64,000 nt of DNA from Lama guanicoe (Eukaryota). The translations under genes were made by a program, and so were the position numbers. Positions 40,230 through 52,785 of the stretch are shown one piece after another; positions within the stretch are counted from its first letter, which is position 1, and each line of letters begins with the position of its first letter. The notes beneath the pieces were generated by a model. It saw only the letters and a program-made list of their open reading frames with translations, was not told the origin of the DNA and did not search any database. The stretch covers positions 1-64,000 of the forward strand of contig MU053933.1 of assembly GCA_013239625.1 (NCBI GenBank), given 5' to 3'.

Positions 40230-41830
40230 GGCAATTCTTCAGCAAGGCCCGTGCAGCCGCGGGCAGGGCGCCCACTGACAGGCTGGTGCGCTAGTATGCC
40301 AGTCCACCGTCCCGCGTCCTGCCGGACGGCTTGCGGTGGACCGCAGAGCCCGGGTGCCCGGCCTCGTCCCTGGCAGGAAGTGCGCGCCTTGGGATCAAGA
40401 CCACTCCTCCAGGCCGGGGCGGGGGCGGGGGGAGGCACCCGCCGGTGCCCGCTGCCCAGGTGGCCCAGCTCTGATCATCGCCTCCGGGTCGCGGCAACGG
40501 GGCCCAGGCCGTGGGCAGTCCCTCCCCGGGGCCGCTGAGCGGTTCGCACCTCGCCCCGAGTCCCTCGGGCCTGTCCCCGCCGTCCCCGCCGCGCCGCCCG
40601 TATCGCTCCCGGCATCTCAGCGAGTTTCCAGTTTCTCCCCACTTCGGGAGGGAACCAAGAAGCAGAAGGAGTTCAGGTAGCACTCCGGGACTGCAGAGAT
40701 TTTCCCGAAACAAAGAAGCGAATCGACAATTCCCCCCTCTCACTCGTCCCCAGGGGAAAAGGCGCATCCCCGGTCCCGCAGAAGCAGGTGGAGCTGAGTC
40801 GGGTCCCGCCGAGGGGACCCACCCTGAGGGACCCGGAGGCACTCTCTTCTCCGACCAGTTGGCTAAGGACCCGCAGGGCAGCCTGCCCGAGGCAAGCGAT
40901 GCCAACGAGTCAGCCAGAGGCCACTGACCGGCGCGCCAAGGGGTTCCCAGGCGCGCGGAACCCTCCAGGCCCCACGGAGGTCATCTTGCCCGGCTCGGCC
41001 CGCGCGCCGGCTGGTGGGAGGACGCGCCTGCAGGGCTGGAGCTGCTCACACCTGGCTTCACCTGCTGCTACTCCCACCCAGCGCGGGGCGGCGGCTAGGT
41101 CGCTCCCGGGCGCCCAGGTTCTCCCCTGCTCCCGGGACCCCCTGCCCCCAGCCCTGCGCAGGGAACCCACCGCGCGAGCCGCTTACCTGCGGAGCTCCGG
41201 GGCGCGGCGCTCCCTGCCCCTCACCCTTCCTCCACCTCCTCCTCCTCCGCCTCCCCCCCGGGTTCGCGTCTTCCTCTGCCCAGCGCCGAGTCCCCGATCC
41301 TCCCCGGCTCTCGCTTTAATCCCGGGAGGCGGTGTCCGAGTACCCAGGGAGACACCCCCAAGCGCCGGCCCCGGGTCACCTCGGGCGGGGGGAGGGGACG
41401 GAGGGGAAGGGCTGTCCCGGGCGGGGCGGATCGGGGCGAGGGAGGGGGCTGCGGGGGGAGGAGTTTCCCCCAGGGAAAGCCCGGCCGGGACCTTGGCCGG
41501 ACCCAGAGGGAGTTCCGAGGCCGCTTCCGTCCCCGGCGGGCAGTTTTGGGTTGGGGAGAGGGCATTTCCCGCCGTACTCCTCCCTGGCCGAGCAGGTCGC
41601 GGCGCTTCGCGGCCCGAGGAGTCGAGTTTGGATTCAGGAGGGGGATCCTGGGGGCGCTGATCAAGTCTTGTATGGGCCGGCGGGGTCTTGGCTCCCGCAG
41701 GGCCTCTGTGCCCAAGGCGAGGACCCAGGAGTCTGCGCCCAGGGACCGCTGGCCCGGGCAGTAGAGCCCAAGGCCGGAGCCCTTCGCGCCAAGGACCCTC
41801 CGCAGTCCGCTGGGGCGGCATCTCTCTGCC
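40230..41830. promoter_or_regulatory. TMPRSS2: CpG island / TMPRSS2 promoter, with GC boxes and a TATA-like ATTAAAG (41314-41320, minus)
   Basis: Very GC- and CpG-rich block spanning exon 1; several GGGCGG motifs. Confidence 0.85.
41187..41290 (-). other. TMPRSS2: TMPRSS2 non-coding exon 1 (TSS approximate)
   Basis: GGAGG-repeat-rich sequence ending GGAGCTCCGCAG, then GTAAGC donor; about 25-30 nt downstream of the TATA-like element. Confidence 0.8.
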
Positions 41831-44509
41831 CTCAGGTCCCAAGCCCCTCCCCCTCCCTGGGAACAACCCCAAGAGTGGCTGAAGTCTTCCCGCCCACCTA
41901 AGACGAGAAACAGGGGGTGAGGAAAGAGGGTGAGAGGAATCTTCGTTCAGAAGGCATGGCTTTTCCATCATCCTTAAGAGGCTCTTTCCAATGCTGTTTG
42001 CAATACGTAAATTAAGGTGGATTGCTTTAGAAGAGAAAGGAAGCTGAATTCATTCCAAATCACCTGCTGCGTTGGCTCAGCGCTCCTTCCTGAGCAGGTG
42101 TCCTGGGAGCTGGACTTCCCTAGTAAGTTCTTCGCATCCTTTCCTTTGGCTCCCACCCTTAGATCCACCACAGGGGACATTCCGGCACATGCCCCAGTCC
42201 TTCTCATCTCTCATCCTTCACTGGTGCCACGTTTGTCCAAGCAGAAGACCCTTGAGGACTGTCTCCTGCAGATAGGTCAGGTCAGGGGGTCTTTGGTAGT
42301 GACTCACTTATTTATGTTTTGAGTAGCATGTTCGGAGCCCTCCAAATGACACCATTGCTCCATAGAACCCCAGTGTCCACCTGTCCACCAGGCTGTATAT
42401 GTGTCCGCACCTTCATCCCTCTTGTGGCTGTTCTCTCACTATTCACATCCCCTTCTCTTGGCAACTTTCTGGAACTGTTTGGAGGTATACACGTCTCCCA
42501 GGAGTAGATCACCGACTTGGGGAGCCAGCTCCATCCCGGTGCTAGCAGCGGGCCTGTGGCCAGTGTCTGGTTCAGCAGCTTAAGCCCATTCCCTGACAGG
42601 ATGCTTGCTTCAGGGATAAACACACAACCCGCTTTTGGCCAGTGAGACCTGGAAGAGAGGTTTCCTGGCGTGGGGTCAGGGTGGGGAGGATGGTGTATTT
42701 TCACTCTTCTATGGGAGCTTGCAGAGACCCTCCTCCTTGTGCTGGGAGAAAGAAGCAGCCAGTCATCTCAGAAATGTTGCTAGCCATCTTCCCATCACCA
42801 GGCAGCGAGTACCAGGATAAAGATGGCTCCTCCATCAAACCCCGTAGCATAGCAATGACAGGGAACCCAGCTCTTGATGACATCATCCAACCACTGACTC
42901 AAACCAACTCTGAAGTAAGCCCCCTTCCCCACTTCTTTCATGAATACAAGTGGAAATCAGAATTATTGACCAAGGGGAGTAGCCGTAATACAGTGAAAAC
43001 AGAATAGTATTATTAGATATTAAAAAAAAAACAAGCAACAGAGTTCTCTTCATAGCTGTAGGGCAGACTAGACATCCTGAAATACTGTCCACACTAGGAA
43101 ACAGACAACAGAACTTGATAGAATATATACTATTGAAAATCTTTTAAAGTTACAGATGATTTTGCAAGAAAACTTGGCAAATCCTCAGATGCAAAAGTGA
43201 AGCGGGAGCACCCATATGGGGAAGTCAGGGTGGCTGTGAGATCCTGAAATCATCCAGCCACTTCTGTCTTGCAGAGGGTGAGGGTGAATGACAACGTCAC
43301 AGTCCTCAGCGGGGCGGGGGCGGGGGGGGGCTTGTTCTGGCACCACAGCACCAAGACAGCAACAAAAAGCCCTGCCCTCAAAAAGAAGATGATTTTTTAA
43401 GAATGTATCTATCCCACTGACAGGTGATGACCAGTAAACACTTCCATTTCTTAGTCTCAGCTCTCAGTGGAGTAGCACTAACACTCTCCTGAGAATTTAT
43501 AACTACCACAAGCCCTCTTATGAGAATTTAAGTTTTGCACCCGAATCCCCACTATCTCTGTAGTCAGAGGAACATCAAGTCAAGAATTTAATCTAAAGTG
43601 GTCCCAGACTGGTGATGTCCCAGGCACATGGCAGAAGCAAACTCTAAGCCTGTCTAGTGGAATGTAATTCATAACACATGTAAATACTCCACACTGTCCA
43701 GATAATATTTATAGATTTTTTGAAAGATATAGATTATCAGATTGTCTAATATTTAAAGACAGAAATATACAATTTATGAGACCCATGTAGAATGGACGTA
43801 TGTAAAAGGAAGCTGGTTTGGCTAAATTAATAAACTGTCCCACTTGGAAGACAGAATGAAGGAGACTGAGCCTCCTGACTTTATGGCAGAAAGCTGATCA
43901 GGGTATTAATGTAGGGAGAAGAGGAAACAGTGAATGGGAAGAGACAGAGAGCCTGGACACAGAGCCGTCTCCGTACGGAAGCATGAAATGTTTCAGGGGC
44001 ATACAGGCCAGTGGAGACGCCTAATGGGAAATCTCATGACCCAGAAGGAAAAAGGTGACGTTAGAATCCTGTATCATGTGAAACACGCAAATCAATTCGG
44101 GTAAATTAAAGATCACATGTGAGAATAAAGGACTAGAATGTTTAGATGACGGGGTGGCTTTGCAGTGGGACAGCCCCACTAGAATCCCTTTCACATGCGT
44201 TTCTGGTTAGCTGGGGCCATGAGCCCTTGGGAGGCTTGGCGGACAGAGTGAATCAGGGCCAGTGTTTGCTCCACACTCGTTGCTGCTCAGCTGGCTCACC
44301 TCCCTGCTCAAGGCAGTGGCCAGGTCCTTTCCCCTGATCCTCCGGCTTCTGTGACTCCAGGCTGCGTGTGTTGTGCTCTGTGATGGTGAACCCCACCCCA
44401 GCCTCTGCAGGACAGCTTGGTCAAGGTTAGGGCAGCAGTGCGACCTGGTGGGCTGCAGCTCACCTGTAAGGGCTCCAGCTTGTCCTTGCCCTCCTGCACT
44501 TACTCCGCT

Positions 44510-44897
44510 TGTGGACTGAGCCGTGCGCCCCAAATTCATACGATGAAGCCCTAACCCCAATGTGACTGTATTTGGAGACAGGACTTAATCAGGGTTTAAT
44601 GAGATCAAGGGTAGATTGGTGATTGACAGGACGGCTGGCCTTACAGAAAGAAGATTCGATCTCTCTGTCTGTATGTGTCTATGTCTGTCTGTTTCTCTCT
44701 CTCTCAGTGTGCATGCATTGAGGACAGGCCACGTGAGGACTTGTCTGCAAGCCAGGAAGAGAGCCCTCACCAGGACCCCAACAGCCAGGCATCCTGATCT
44801 TGGGCCTCCAGCCTCCAGAACTGTGAGAAAGTAAATGTCTCCTGTTTAAGCCGCCCAGACTGTGGGGTTTTGTTGCGGCATCCTGAGCAGAGTAACA
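44510..44897 (+). mobile_element. MLT1-family MaLR solo LTR
   Basis: ccccaaattcata...gaagccctaaccccaatgtgactgtatttggaga...ccagcctccagaactgtgaga...tttaagcc. Confidence 0.8.
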
Positions 44898-45059
44898 TGT
44901 CATCATCCCCTGTGGTCTGCAAGTTCAGCACCAGATGAGCACACAAGAGCCACACAGAGACAGGTTGCACAGCTCCTGCGGGGCAGGTCCTCTAACCAAC
45001 CCCTTCTGAAAACGCACAGACACACATCGCTGTAGGACGTGGAGCCCAAATTAAAACTG

Positions 45060-46250
45060 AGTGCTTCGGCATGGAGGGAGTTTGAGGACATGATGCTGAG
45101 TGAAATAAGCCAGACACAGAAAGACAAACACTGTCTGATCCACTCACATGAGGTCCCTGGAGGGGTCGAGGTCACAGAGGCAGAAAGCAGAGCGGAGTGT
45201 GGCAGGGGCTGCGGTTGGCAAATGGAGAGTTACTGTTTACTGGGGACTGAGTTTCAGTTGGGGAAGATGGAAAGTTCTGGAGATGATGGTGGTGATGACT
45301 GCACAACAGTGTGAATGTGCTTAATGCCGGTGAACTATGCACCTAAAAATGGTTAAGATGGTGAATTTTTACTTTTTTTTAAAGGTAGAAGTCATCATGA
45401 AAAATGGTAAATTTTATGTGACGTATATTTTACTACACACACAAAAAAAACACCAAACCAGACTGATTAAAAATTAAAGCTACTCAGTACCATGTATGAC
45501 CAAAATTGAGTCAGCTGGAGGGGAAGCGGGGAGGTAAAGGAGGAGGCAGTCAATTAGTACAACCACATTGAAAAACAGTTTGGTGTTCTGCAGTAATGTT
45601 GAAGATGTGTAAAACTTTCACCCTGGAATTTCACTCCCAAGGATGTACCTAGAATTCTTGCAAGGTGCCCAGAAACTTCTGCAGGAATGTTTACAGAAGC
45701 GCTGTTTATATTGCAAAATCATGGAAACAACCTAAGTACTAACAGGAAACCCCTGTCGGTTTCTCCAAATGGGAAAAGAAATAAATATGTATTGGTCTGT
45801 TCATATGATGGAATATTACCCAGCAATGAGAATGGGCAGACCACAACTGTTTGCAGTACCGTGGATGAATCTCCCAAAATGTGAGGCAAAAAAAGCAAGT
45901 TGCAGGGAGACAACACACTGGGGGCTCCTTTTATATAAAGTCCTAAATATCCAACATCGAATAACAGTTTTGGAGGTACACTCATACATGGCAGACCTGT
46001 AGGAAAGAGAAGGAAATGGATAAACACCCAGTTCAGTCCTGTGGTTTTTCCCTGGTGGGAGTGGATGGGGTTCAGTGGGGTGAGATGCAAACTGGGGGGA
46101 CTGGACATAATGCATCATGGCATTGGTGACAATCCTTCTCAGTCTGGACGGTGACTACACAGGTGTTCCCTTTGTGATTTCTTTATACCTTTCTGCATTA
46201 TATATAATCCTATTGTATGTATGGAATATTTCAGAATTTTACACATGATG
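45060..46250 (+). mobile_element. Old L1M 3' fragments (approximate)
   Basis: atgctgagtgaaataagccagacacagaaagacaaa...; atggaaacaacctaa...atgatggaatattacccagcaatgagaat. Confidence 0.6.
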
Positions 46251-46349
46251 TATGTATCATTAAACTAACTGGTTTTTAAATGTGTGTCCCTGAAAACACG
46301 TCCCTTAATGAGAATGAGGGAGCTACATATCTGTCAGCAATAAACTCAT

Positions 46350-47625
46350 CTCTGAGAACTTGGGCAAAGCATTCTCTGACAAAAATCCTACCAGTGTTTT
46401 CCTAGGTCAGTCTCCCAAGGCAATAAAAAATAAATAGAATAAATAGAAATGAAAGCAAAAATAAACAAATGGGACCTAATCAAATTTATAAGCTTTTGCA
46501 CAGCAAAGGAAACCGTAAACAAAATGAAAAGACAACCTACAGAATGGGACAAAATATTTGCAAAGGATGAAACCAACAAGGGCTTAATTTCCAAAATATA
46601 CAAACAGCTCATACATCTCAATAACAAAAAAACAAGCAACAAATCAAAAAATGGACTGAAGACCCAAATAGTCATTTCTCCAAAAAAGACATACAAATGG
46701 CCAATAAGCAGGCACATATATAGATGTTCAACATTGCTAATTATTAGAGACATGTAAATCAACACTATGGTGAGGTACCACCTCATACTGTTCTGAATAA
46801 CCATCATTAAAAAGTCTACAAATAACAAATGCTGGAGAAGGTGCAGAGAAAAAAGAACCATCCTACACTTTTGATGGGAATGTAAATTGGTGCAGCCACT
46901 ATGGAGAACAGTATGAAGGTTCCTTAAAAAACTGAAAATAGACTTACCCTATGATCCAGGAATCCCACTTCTGGGCATACATCCAGAGAAAAGTCTAATT
47001 TGGAAAGACACATGCAGCCTAATGTTCACAGCAGCACTGTTTACAATAGGCAAGACATGGAAACAATCTAAATGTCCAACAACCGACAACTGGATAAAGT
47101 TGTGGTATAGTTGTGGCGCGTGCGTGCGCGTGCGCACACACACACACGCACACGCACACACACACACACAGTGGAATACTACTCAGCCATAAAAAGAATG
47201 AAATAATGCAATTTGCAGCAACATGGATGGACCTAGAGATGATCGTACTGAGTAAGGCAGACAAAGACAAATCCTATACAGTATCACTGAGGGGTAGAAG
47301 CTTAAATATGACACAGATAAATTTATTTATGAAACAGAAACAGACTCAGATGTAGAAAGCAGACTTCGGGTTACCAAAAGGGGAGGGGGTGGGGGAGGGA
47401 TAAATTGGGACTTTGGGATTAGCAGATACAAACTACTATATACAAAATAGATAAACAGCAAGGTCCTACTTTTAGCACAGGGAACTATATTCACTATCTT
47501 GTAATAACTTATAATGGTAAAGAATATGAAAAGGAATATATATGTATATATAACTGAATCACTTTGCTGTACACCAGAGACTAATACAACATTGTAAATC
47601 AACTATACTTCAATTTAAAAAAAAA
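46350..47625 (+). mobile_element. 5'-truncated LINE-1 (ORF2 C-terminal remnant + 3' UTR) with internal (CA/CG) microsatellite at about 47116-47170
   Basis: ORF 46449-46757 [34 protein letters not shown] is L1 ORF2p-like; ends with an A-tail. Confidence 0.92.
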
Positions 47626-50040
47626 CCAGAAATATGCAAATACAAAAAACGCATAACTTAATAAAGACAAAACCCTTCATTAAAAAAAAAAAAAAGAAGT
47701 CCATCTCTGGCCGCACACTTGGTGAGAGGGAGAGGATAACTGGGCTGTGGTTTGATGCTCGCCAGCCCTTAGAGTCCCATGGGTACCCAGAGCCTGGAGG
47801 CACTAAAGAGAGTCAAACCCCTTGAAATACAGACATGCAGGACACAGAGGATTTATTCTGAGTCAAAAGGAGGCAAGGAGTGTTCAGAAGCCACACGAAA
47901 CCACCCTGGGTGATCTCAGGACCTTCGGCCTGTCGCTCCAAGGGTTTTTTGAGGCCCCTTATCCAAGCACCACTGCTGGGAAGATAACCTTGCCTGTGGG
48001 CTCCTTTGTACAGTCGCCACACTTGCAGCAAGTTCTTTGGGTGAATTCAAATCCTACTTGCTCAAACAAGGAAAGAGTTTTCAGTATTTGCTGGGGTTTT
48101 TGTGGCTGAAGCAAGTTGTAGGACTTTGCTCCGAGGCTCAGTATGTACTGGCTCTCGGCCCTGTAAAAATAGCAATTACCTCTCATTAAACATTTACGAC
48201 GCCAGGCCCCACACTGGAGTTTGCGCTGCCTCACCGGAAGACAGGAACGCTGATCTCCCCGTTCACAGCTGAGGACCCTGGGGCCCAGGGCAGTGGCACC
48301 TGACCTGCCTTTGGCACACAGGCGGGGCTGAGACCGGAGCTGGGTCTCTGGGCGCAGCCGTCTAGTGGGCTGAATCAGACAGAGGGGCTGTGGCTCCCAG
48401 ACTTGGGAGGGGCCCCAGTCTGTGTGCCCAGACTTCCAGGCCCCCTTTGCTCAGAGCCCAGAGGGAGACAATTACAGGGGAAAGGGTGTGCGGGGTGGGG
48501 AGGGAGCGTCACCAGCACTGGCGGTGACGATGACGGAGGAACAGCCAGCCCTGCCTTCGTCTCCCTCTGCCCGCCTTCTGGGCTCTGAGTCCCTTACATC
48601 TGATCTGGGTCCTCCCCACCCAGCCGGCCACTCTCACCTCCATGGGGAGACCATCCCCCGCCCCCATCGAGGCACCTGGGACAAGGAACCCTGGTGAATG
48701 TGCGCTCACTGAGGTCAGCATGCCTCCTTGAACCTGACCCTGGGGGCTAACTTCTGTGTCCCCACCACACTGAATTCGTAATAATGGAGAGAAAACAGGA
48801 CAATGGCAATTAAAAAACCCTACTTGGAAAAGAGGAGGAGAAGCAGCAGCAGTCAGTGATCGCCTGGAGGTCCCCCACTGCCGCCCAGCACGGAGGGCTG
48901 GGACCCCCGGCCTGCTGTCCCGACAGGAGCTGCTGGCTCCCCGCTCTGCCCTCGGGGGACTTCCTTTTGCAGTCAGGGGCGGAGGGATTGCAGGCTTTCT
49001 GTGTGAGATGGTGCATCTCAGGCGATGCCACTGCCAGGTCCAGCGCATGTCCAGAGAGAAGGTCTCCAGGTCCGCAGCCAGATTCAGGCTTGGTCCTCGG
49101 TCCCCACCAGCCAAAGTCCTGGTTCAGAGAGAGAAGGATGCTGGCCAGGCCAGGTGACTGCACCTCTCTCTGGCTTTTTCCATGATTCTGTGCCTGTTTT
49201 CTTGCTTGATGTTTTTTCTCCTCTAGAGAGTATGAATCCCTGAGCTGACAAGTTTCTTCATCTGTGACTCTCCACTCTCACAGCAATGAAGGGACAGCCC
49301 TGTAAACAGATAGCTGCAGTGCATCGGAGAGCATTGGCTCTTCCGTGACGTCTGAAGAGGCTACGTGTTCCCCCAAAGCCCACCTCTAGCACCGAGACGC
49401 CGGACTCCTAGTCCTCTGACCCTTCTCCACCAGGACGGCATCTGTACCAATGACAGGTGGGTTGGGGTGGGGTGAACCCCCAGCTCCCGGGGGCTGGCTG
49501 AGGCCTCCATGGTGACTGCACCACAGCTCAGCACTTCCTTCCGTCCACCTTTGCTTCCTTCAGCCCCCAAAGTGTTGACCCCAATAACACTCATTGAGAA
49601 ACTTTTCGCTTCCCAGGGAACCTGACACAGGGCAGGGGTCACTTAACCTCCCCGAGCCCCAGCTTCCTCCTGTGGAAAGGTGGTAACTCAGTTTAAATGA
49701 GTGACAGCATGGAAAATGTTTAGAAAAGTGTCACTATTACACAGTTATTATTACAACTACTGCTAGCAGTGCCCAGACATACAACCTTTTCCTAAAACAG
49801 TCTGCTACAGCTCTCGCAACACACCTACCCTGACTCAGATCAACGGCATCAAGGAGACGCATTCTAGCCTCTCAGGATGGTACCCCTGGGTCTGGGAACC
49901 GTAAATTAAGGGTATGCACTTCCTACCTATGTGCACCGATTTGGTTATAATTAATCCACTCTGGAATCAACCTCTTGTTGGATAAACTGCCAACCTCAGC
50001 CTGGTGAATTTCAAGCTGTCTCCTGTCAAAGTACATTTCT

Positions 50041-50350
50041 TTTTTGCTTTGTTTTGTTTTTAATTGAAGTATTACGATGATTTACGATATTGTGCTAGTT
50101 GCCGGTGTACAGCAAAGTGAGTCAGTTATACACATACATATTCCTTTTCAGATTCTTTTCTATTACAGGTTATTACAAGATATTGAATACAGTTCCCTGT
50201 ACTTACAGGAGGACCTTCCTTGTTGTTTACCTGTTTTGTACACAGTGGTGTGTATCTGCAAATCCCAACCTCCTGACTTATCCCTCCCTGCCCCCTCTCC
50301 CCTTCGGTAACCATAAATTTGTTTCCTATGTCTGGGAGTCTATTTCTGGT
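50041..50350 (-). mobile_element. LINE-1 3' end (camelid-type)
   Basis: ttttaattgaagta...ggtgtacagcaaagtgagtcagttatacacatac; reverse complement of the family at 47300-47625. Confidence 0.85.
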
Positions 50351-50459
50351 CAAACTACAATTCTACCTCAAAGCACTAAAAACTCTCGTTCTCACCAGAG
50401 CCCCCACATACCTAGCCTCTGTCAGGAACCCAGTGGACTGAGTTCTCTCTGCCTTAGTG

Positions 50460-50770
50460 AGTGAAAGACTTTTTTTCATCAGGTCAAGACTAATGTTTTC
50501 GTTACGTTGCTGAATGCCAACACTTTCAGATAATAAACGGCAGCATAGCTGCAGGGGAAATACAAGCAGGAGTGTACTGGGTGCCCACCGTGCCCTCAGA
50601 GCGTTTTAGTAGATGCAGCACTGCTCCAATGACAACGGTTTATTGTTAAACAAACTTGACTGCAGGTCCACCTCCTGAATTACATTTCAAGCCCACATCC
50701 TGGGCTTTGAGAAAAGCACCAAGTTGAATGAAAGGTTGTATGAGTCAAGGGTGTGAGGCATAAAGGGGCC
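50460..50770. promoter_or_regulatory. Probable orthologue of the distal androgen-responsive TMPRSS2 enhancer
   Basis: Non-repeat block about 9.3 kb upstream of the TSS with GATA (agataa), ARE-like 15-mer (50580-50594), forkhead-like taaacaaa and AP-1 tgagtca (50741-50747). Resembles the human enhancer sequence as recalled. Confidence 0.55.
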
Positions 50771-51929
50771 ACTCTTTGGGTCATGTCACGTCACAGATCC
50801 TTTCCTTTCAAGCTCCATGCTTCCCAGGAGAGTGAGGCAGGCAGAAGTGCTGGCCAGCTTGGCCCTTGGGGACTGTCCAGGTGCTGGGGGTTCCCCAGAC
50901 AGGGCCAGGTTGAAGACCAGGCTGGTGGCCTTGGCAAGGTGGGGGAGGCAGGGGCAGTGAGTGGCGCCACTGTGGGACAGAGAGCATAAAGGAGCTGCGC
51001 TGCCCCGCTTCCCGGGCAGGGAGGCCTGTAACCACCGCGCATGCTCCGAGAGGGCCAGCTCCCATGGGGCATGGAGGCCAAGCTAGGGCGGCCCCTGGCA
51101 CATCTGAGCCCTCTCCTTTGTCCACCTCTGCTTGGGTCCATTTTGCAGACTGTGGCCAATATCTCATTAGAAAGGTGCTGCTGCTTGAGAACATTTGAAA
51201 GCAGGCTGGGTCAGACCACGGAGACCTTGCCTGCCCATTCAAAGAGCTTGGTTCGACCTCAGTGCAGGGACACCCTCGAAGGGTTTAGGAAGAGAGAGGA
51301 GATGAATTTGCACCTCTGGTTTCTGCCTCCTCCCCTCCCCTACCAGGTACACAGCAGGTAGGGGGAGGTGCTTGTGGCCAGAGAGGGGCTCAGTGTGGTC
51401 AGCCCAGGGACCTAGTGACAAGCTTCATTTGCATTGCAAATAATATTACACCCCTCTTATTTTTCTTACCATTTTATTAAAATTTGTTTCTAAATGAGCA
51501 ATACAGTTTTTATTATTCTTTGTAGAACGCATATTACCCGGGGTCTGGCAAGAGAAATTAACACGTTAATTACCAAATGCAACGTATTTGCAGAAGGGTT
51601 GCTCTAATGAAACAGGCCCCACTCAACCCCTGTGTGAGCCCTGAACCTTCACCCTCCTGCCGCCCTCACCCTACAAAGTCAAGTCTTTTCAAGAGTATCA
51701 ATGATCTGAATAACTTTTTTCTCTGAAAAAGAGAAAAATTATAAATATCATTTTATCGTAGTTAACTTCTTAAAAACCGAAATTTCAGAGGTTTTTTCCC
51801 CACAAGTATTTCTTATTGTAAAACATGCTTAATTTTTTCACGCTTATACACGATTTCTCTTTTATGGCTAAAATCCACGCAAACAACTGCCACCTTGAAA
51901 TTGGCACTGCCACCTACCTCTGCTTGGAT

Positions 51930-52390
51930 TAACCCATGGGCCGCTGCAGCCGCTGACCTCTGACACCCACTGCAAGGAGTTCAGGGTGGGGATCAGGAAT
52001 GAGGCGCCCTATGTTCTGGGAAAACTAGCAGAACAGGCCTTCAGACAGATATTTTCAGGAGAAGATTTTATGAGCCCAGATTCTTGTGTCTCCTCTTATC
52101 TAGAAAAGCACTAAAATCATTACCGGTGACATCTGCTCCTCGTGATGGGCAGCAAGCGTCCGCCTGAGCGTGTGCTGACTGCACGTCCCCCCTGCACTGA
52201 GATCATGTATGACACTTTCAGACCTTGACACTGATGCTGAATTTACTGCCCCCCAGTCTCCTTCCACACCCCCAAAATCCCTCAGCTCTGGGTCAGGAAG
52301 GCAACTTAGGGCGGTGCGCATGTTTCTGGGGTTTTCTTCCTGGCAATGGCTGGCCCAAAGTCTCATAAACCCCTCAAATCTCCTTCTCCC
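51930..52390 (+). mobile_element. ERV-type LTR fragment (approximate)
   Basis: LTR-like text (ggccgctgcagccgctgacct...ggagttcagggtggggatcaggaatgagg...ctagaaaagcactaaaatcatta); termini not resolved. Confidence 0.45.
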
Positions 52391-52704
52391 CTGAGAAACA
52401 CAATGTCCAGCCGTAAGTCTAAGTGTGAGACAGGCAGCCGAGCTGTTAGGATGGGGGCAACACGATGCGAAGCAGACTAGGAGCGACCCCTCCAAGGAGG
52501 CTGGCAGCTTGAGTGGCGGCCTGGCCCGCCCGTGTCTTCAGGCGCGAAGATGCTTCACGTTGCAGCTGCATCCGTCCGCTCGGGAGACGAACCGTAGCTG
52601 ATGAATAAATCGCATCGTTCATCTGGGCTCGAGTGCCTCTCGTTTGTTTATCTGAGATTGCGACATGCTGAGCACTCTCTCAATATCTGTGCGCTTATGT
52701 GTAC

Positions 52705-52785
52705 CTAAGTGTGTGCACATGCACATACGTGTGTGTAAACACTGTGTATATGTAATGTGTGTGTGTGTGTGTGTCTGTGTGTATA
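52705..52785. repeat. TG/CA-rich simple repeat
   Basis: Alternating purine-pyrimidine runs including (TG)8. Confidence 0.8.

Noticed and set aside
40788..41971. Long ORFs over the promoter (290 aa on +, 262 aa on -)
   Set aside because: Low-complexity Pro/Gly/Arg translations expected from stop-poor CpG-island DNA. The 262-aa ORF is out of phase with exon 2, and the in-phase frame has TGA at 41221-41223.
46388..46861. Hydrophobic 157-aa minus-strand ORF
   Set aside because: Antisense translation of L1 ORF2, a common artefact.
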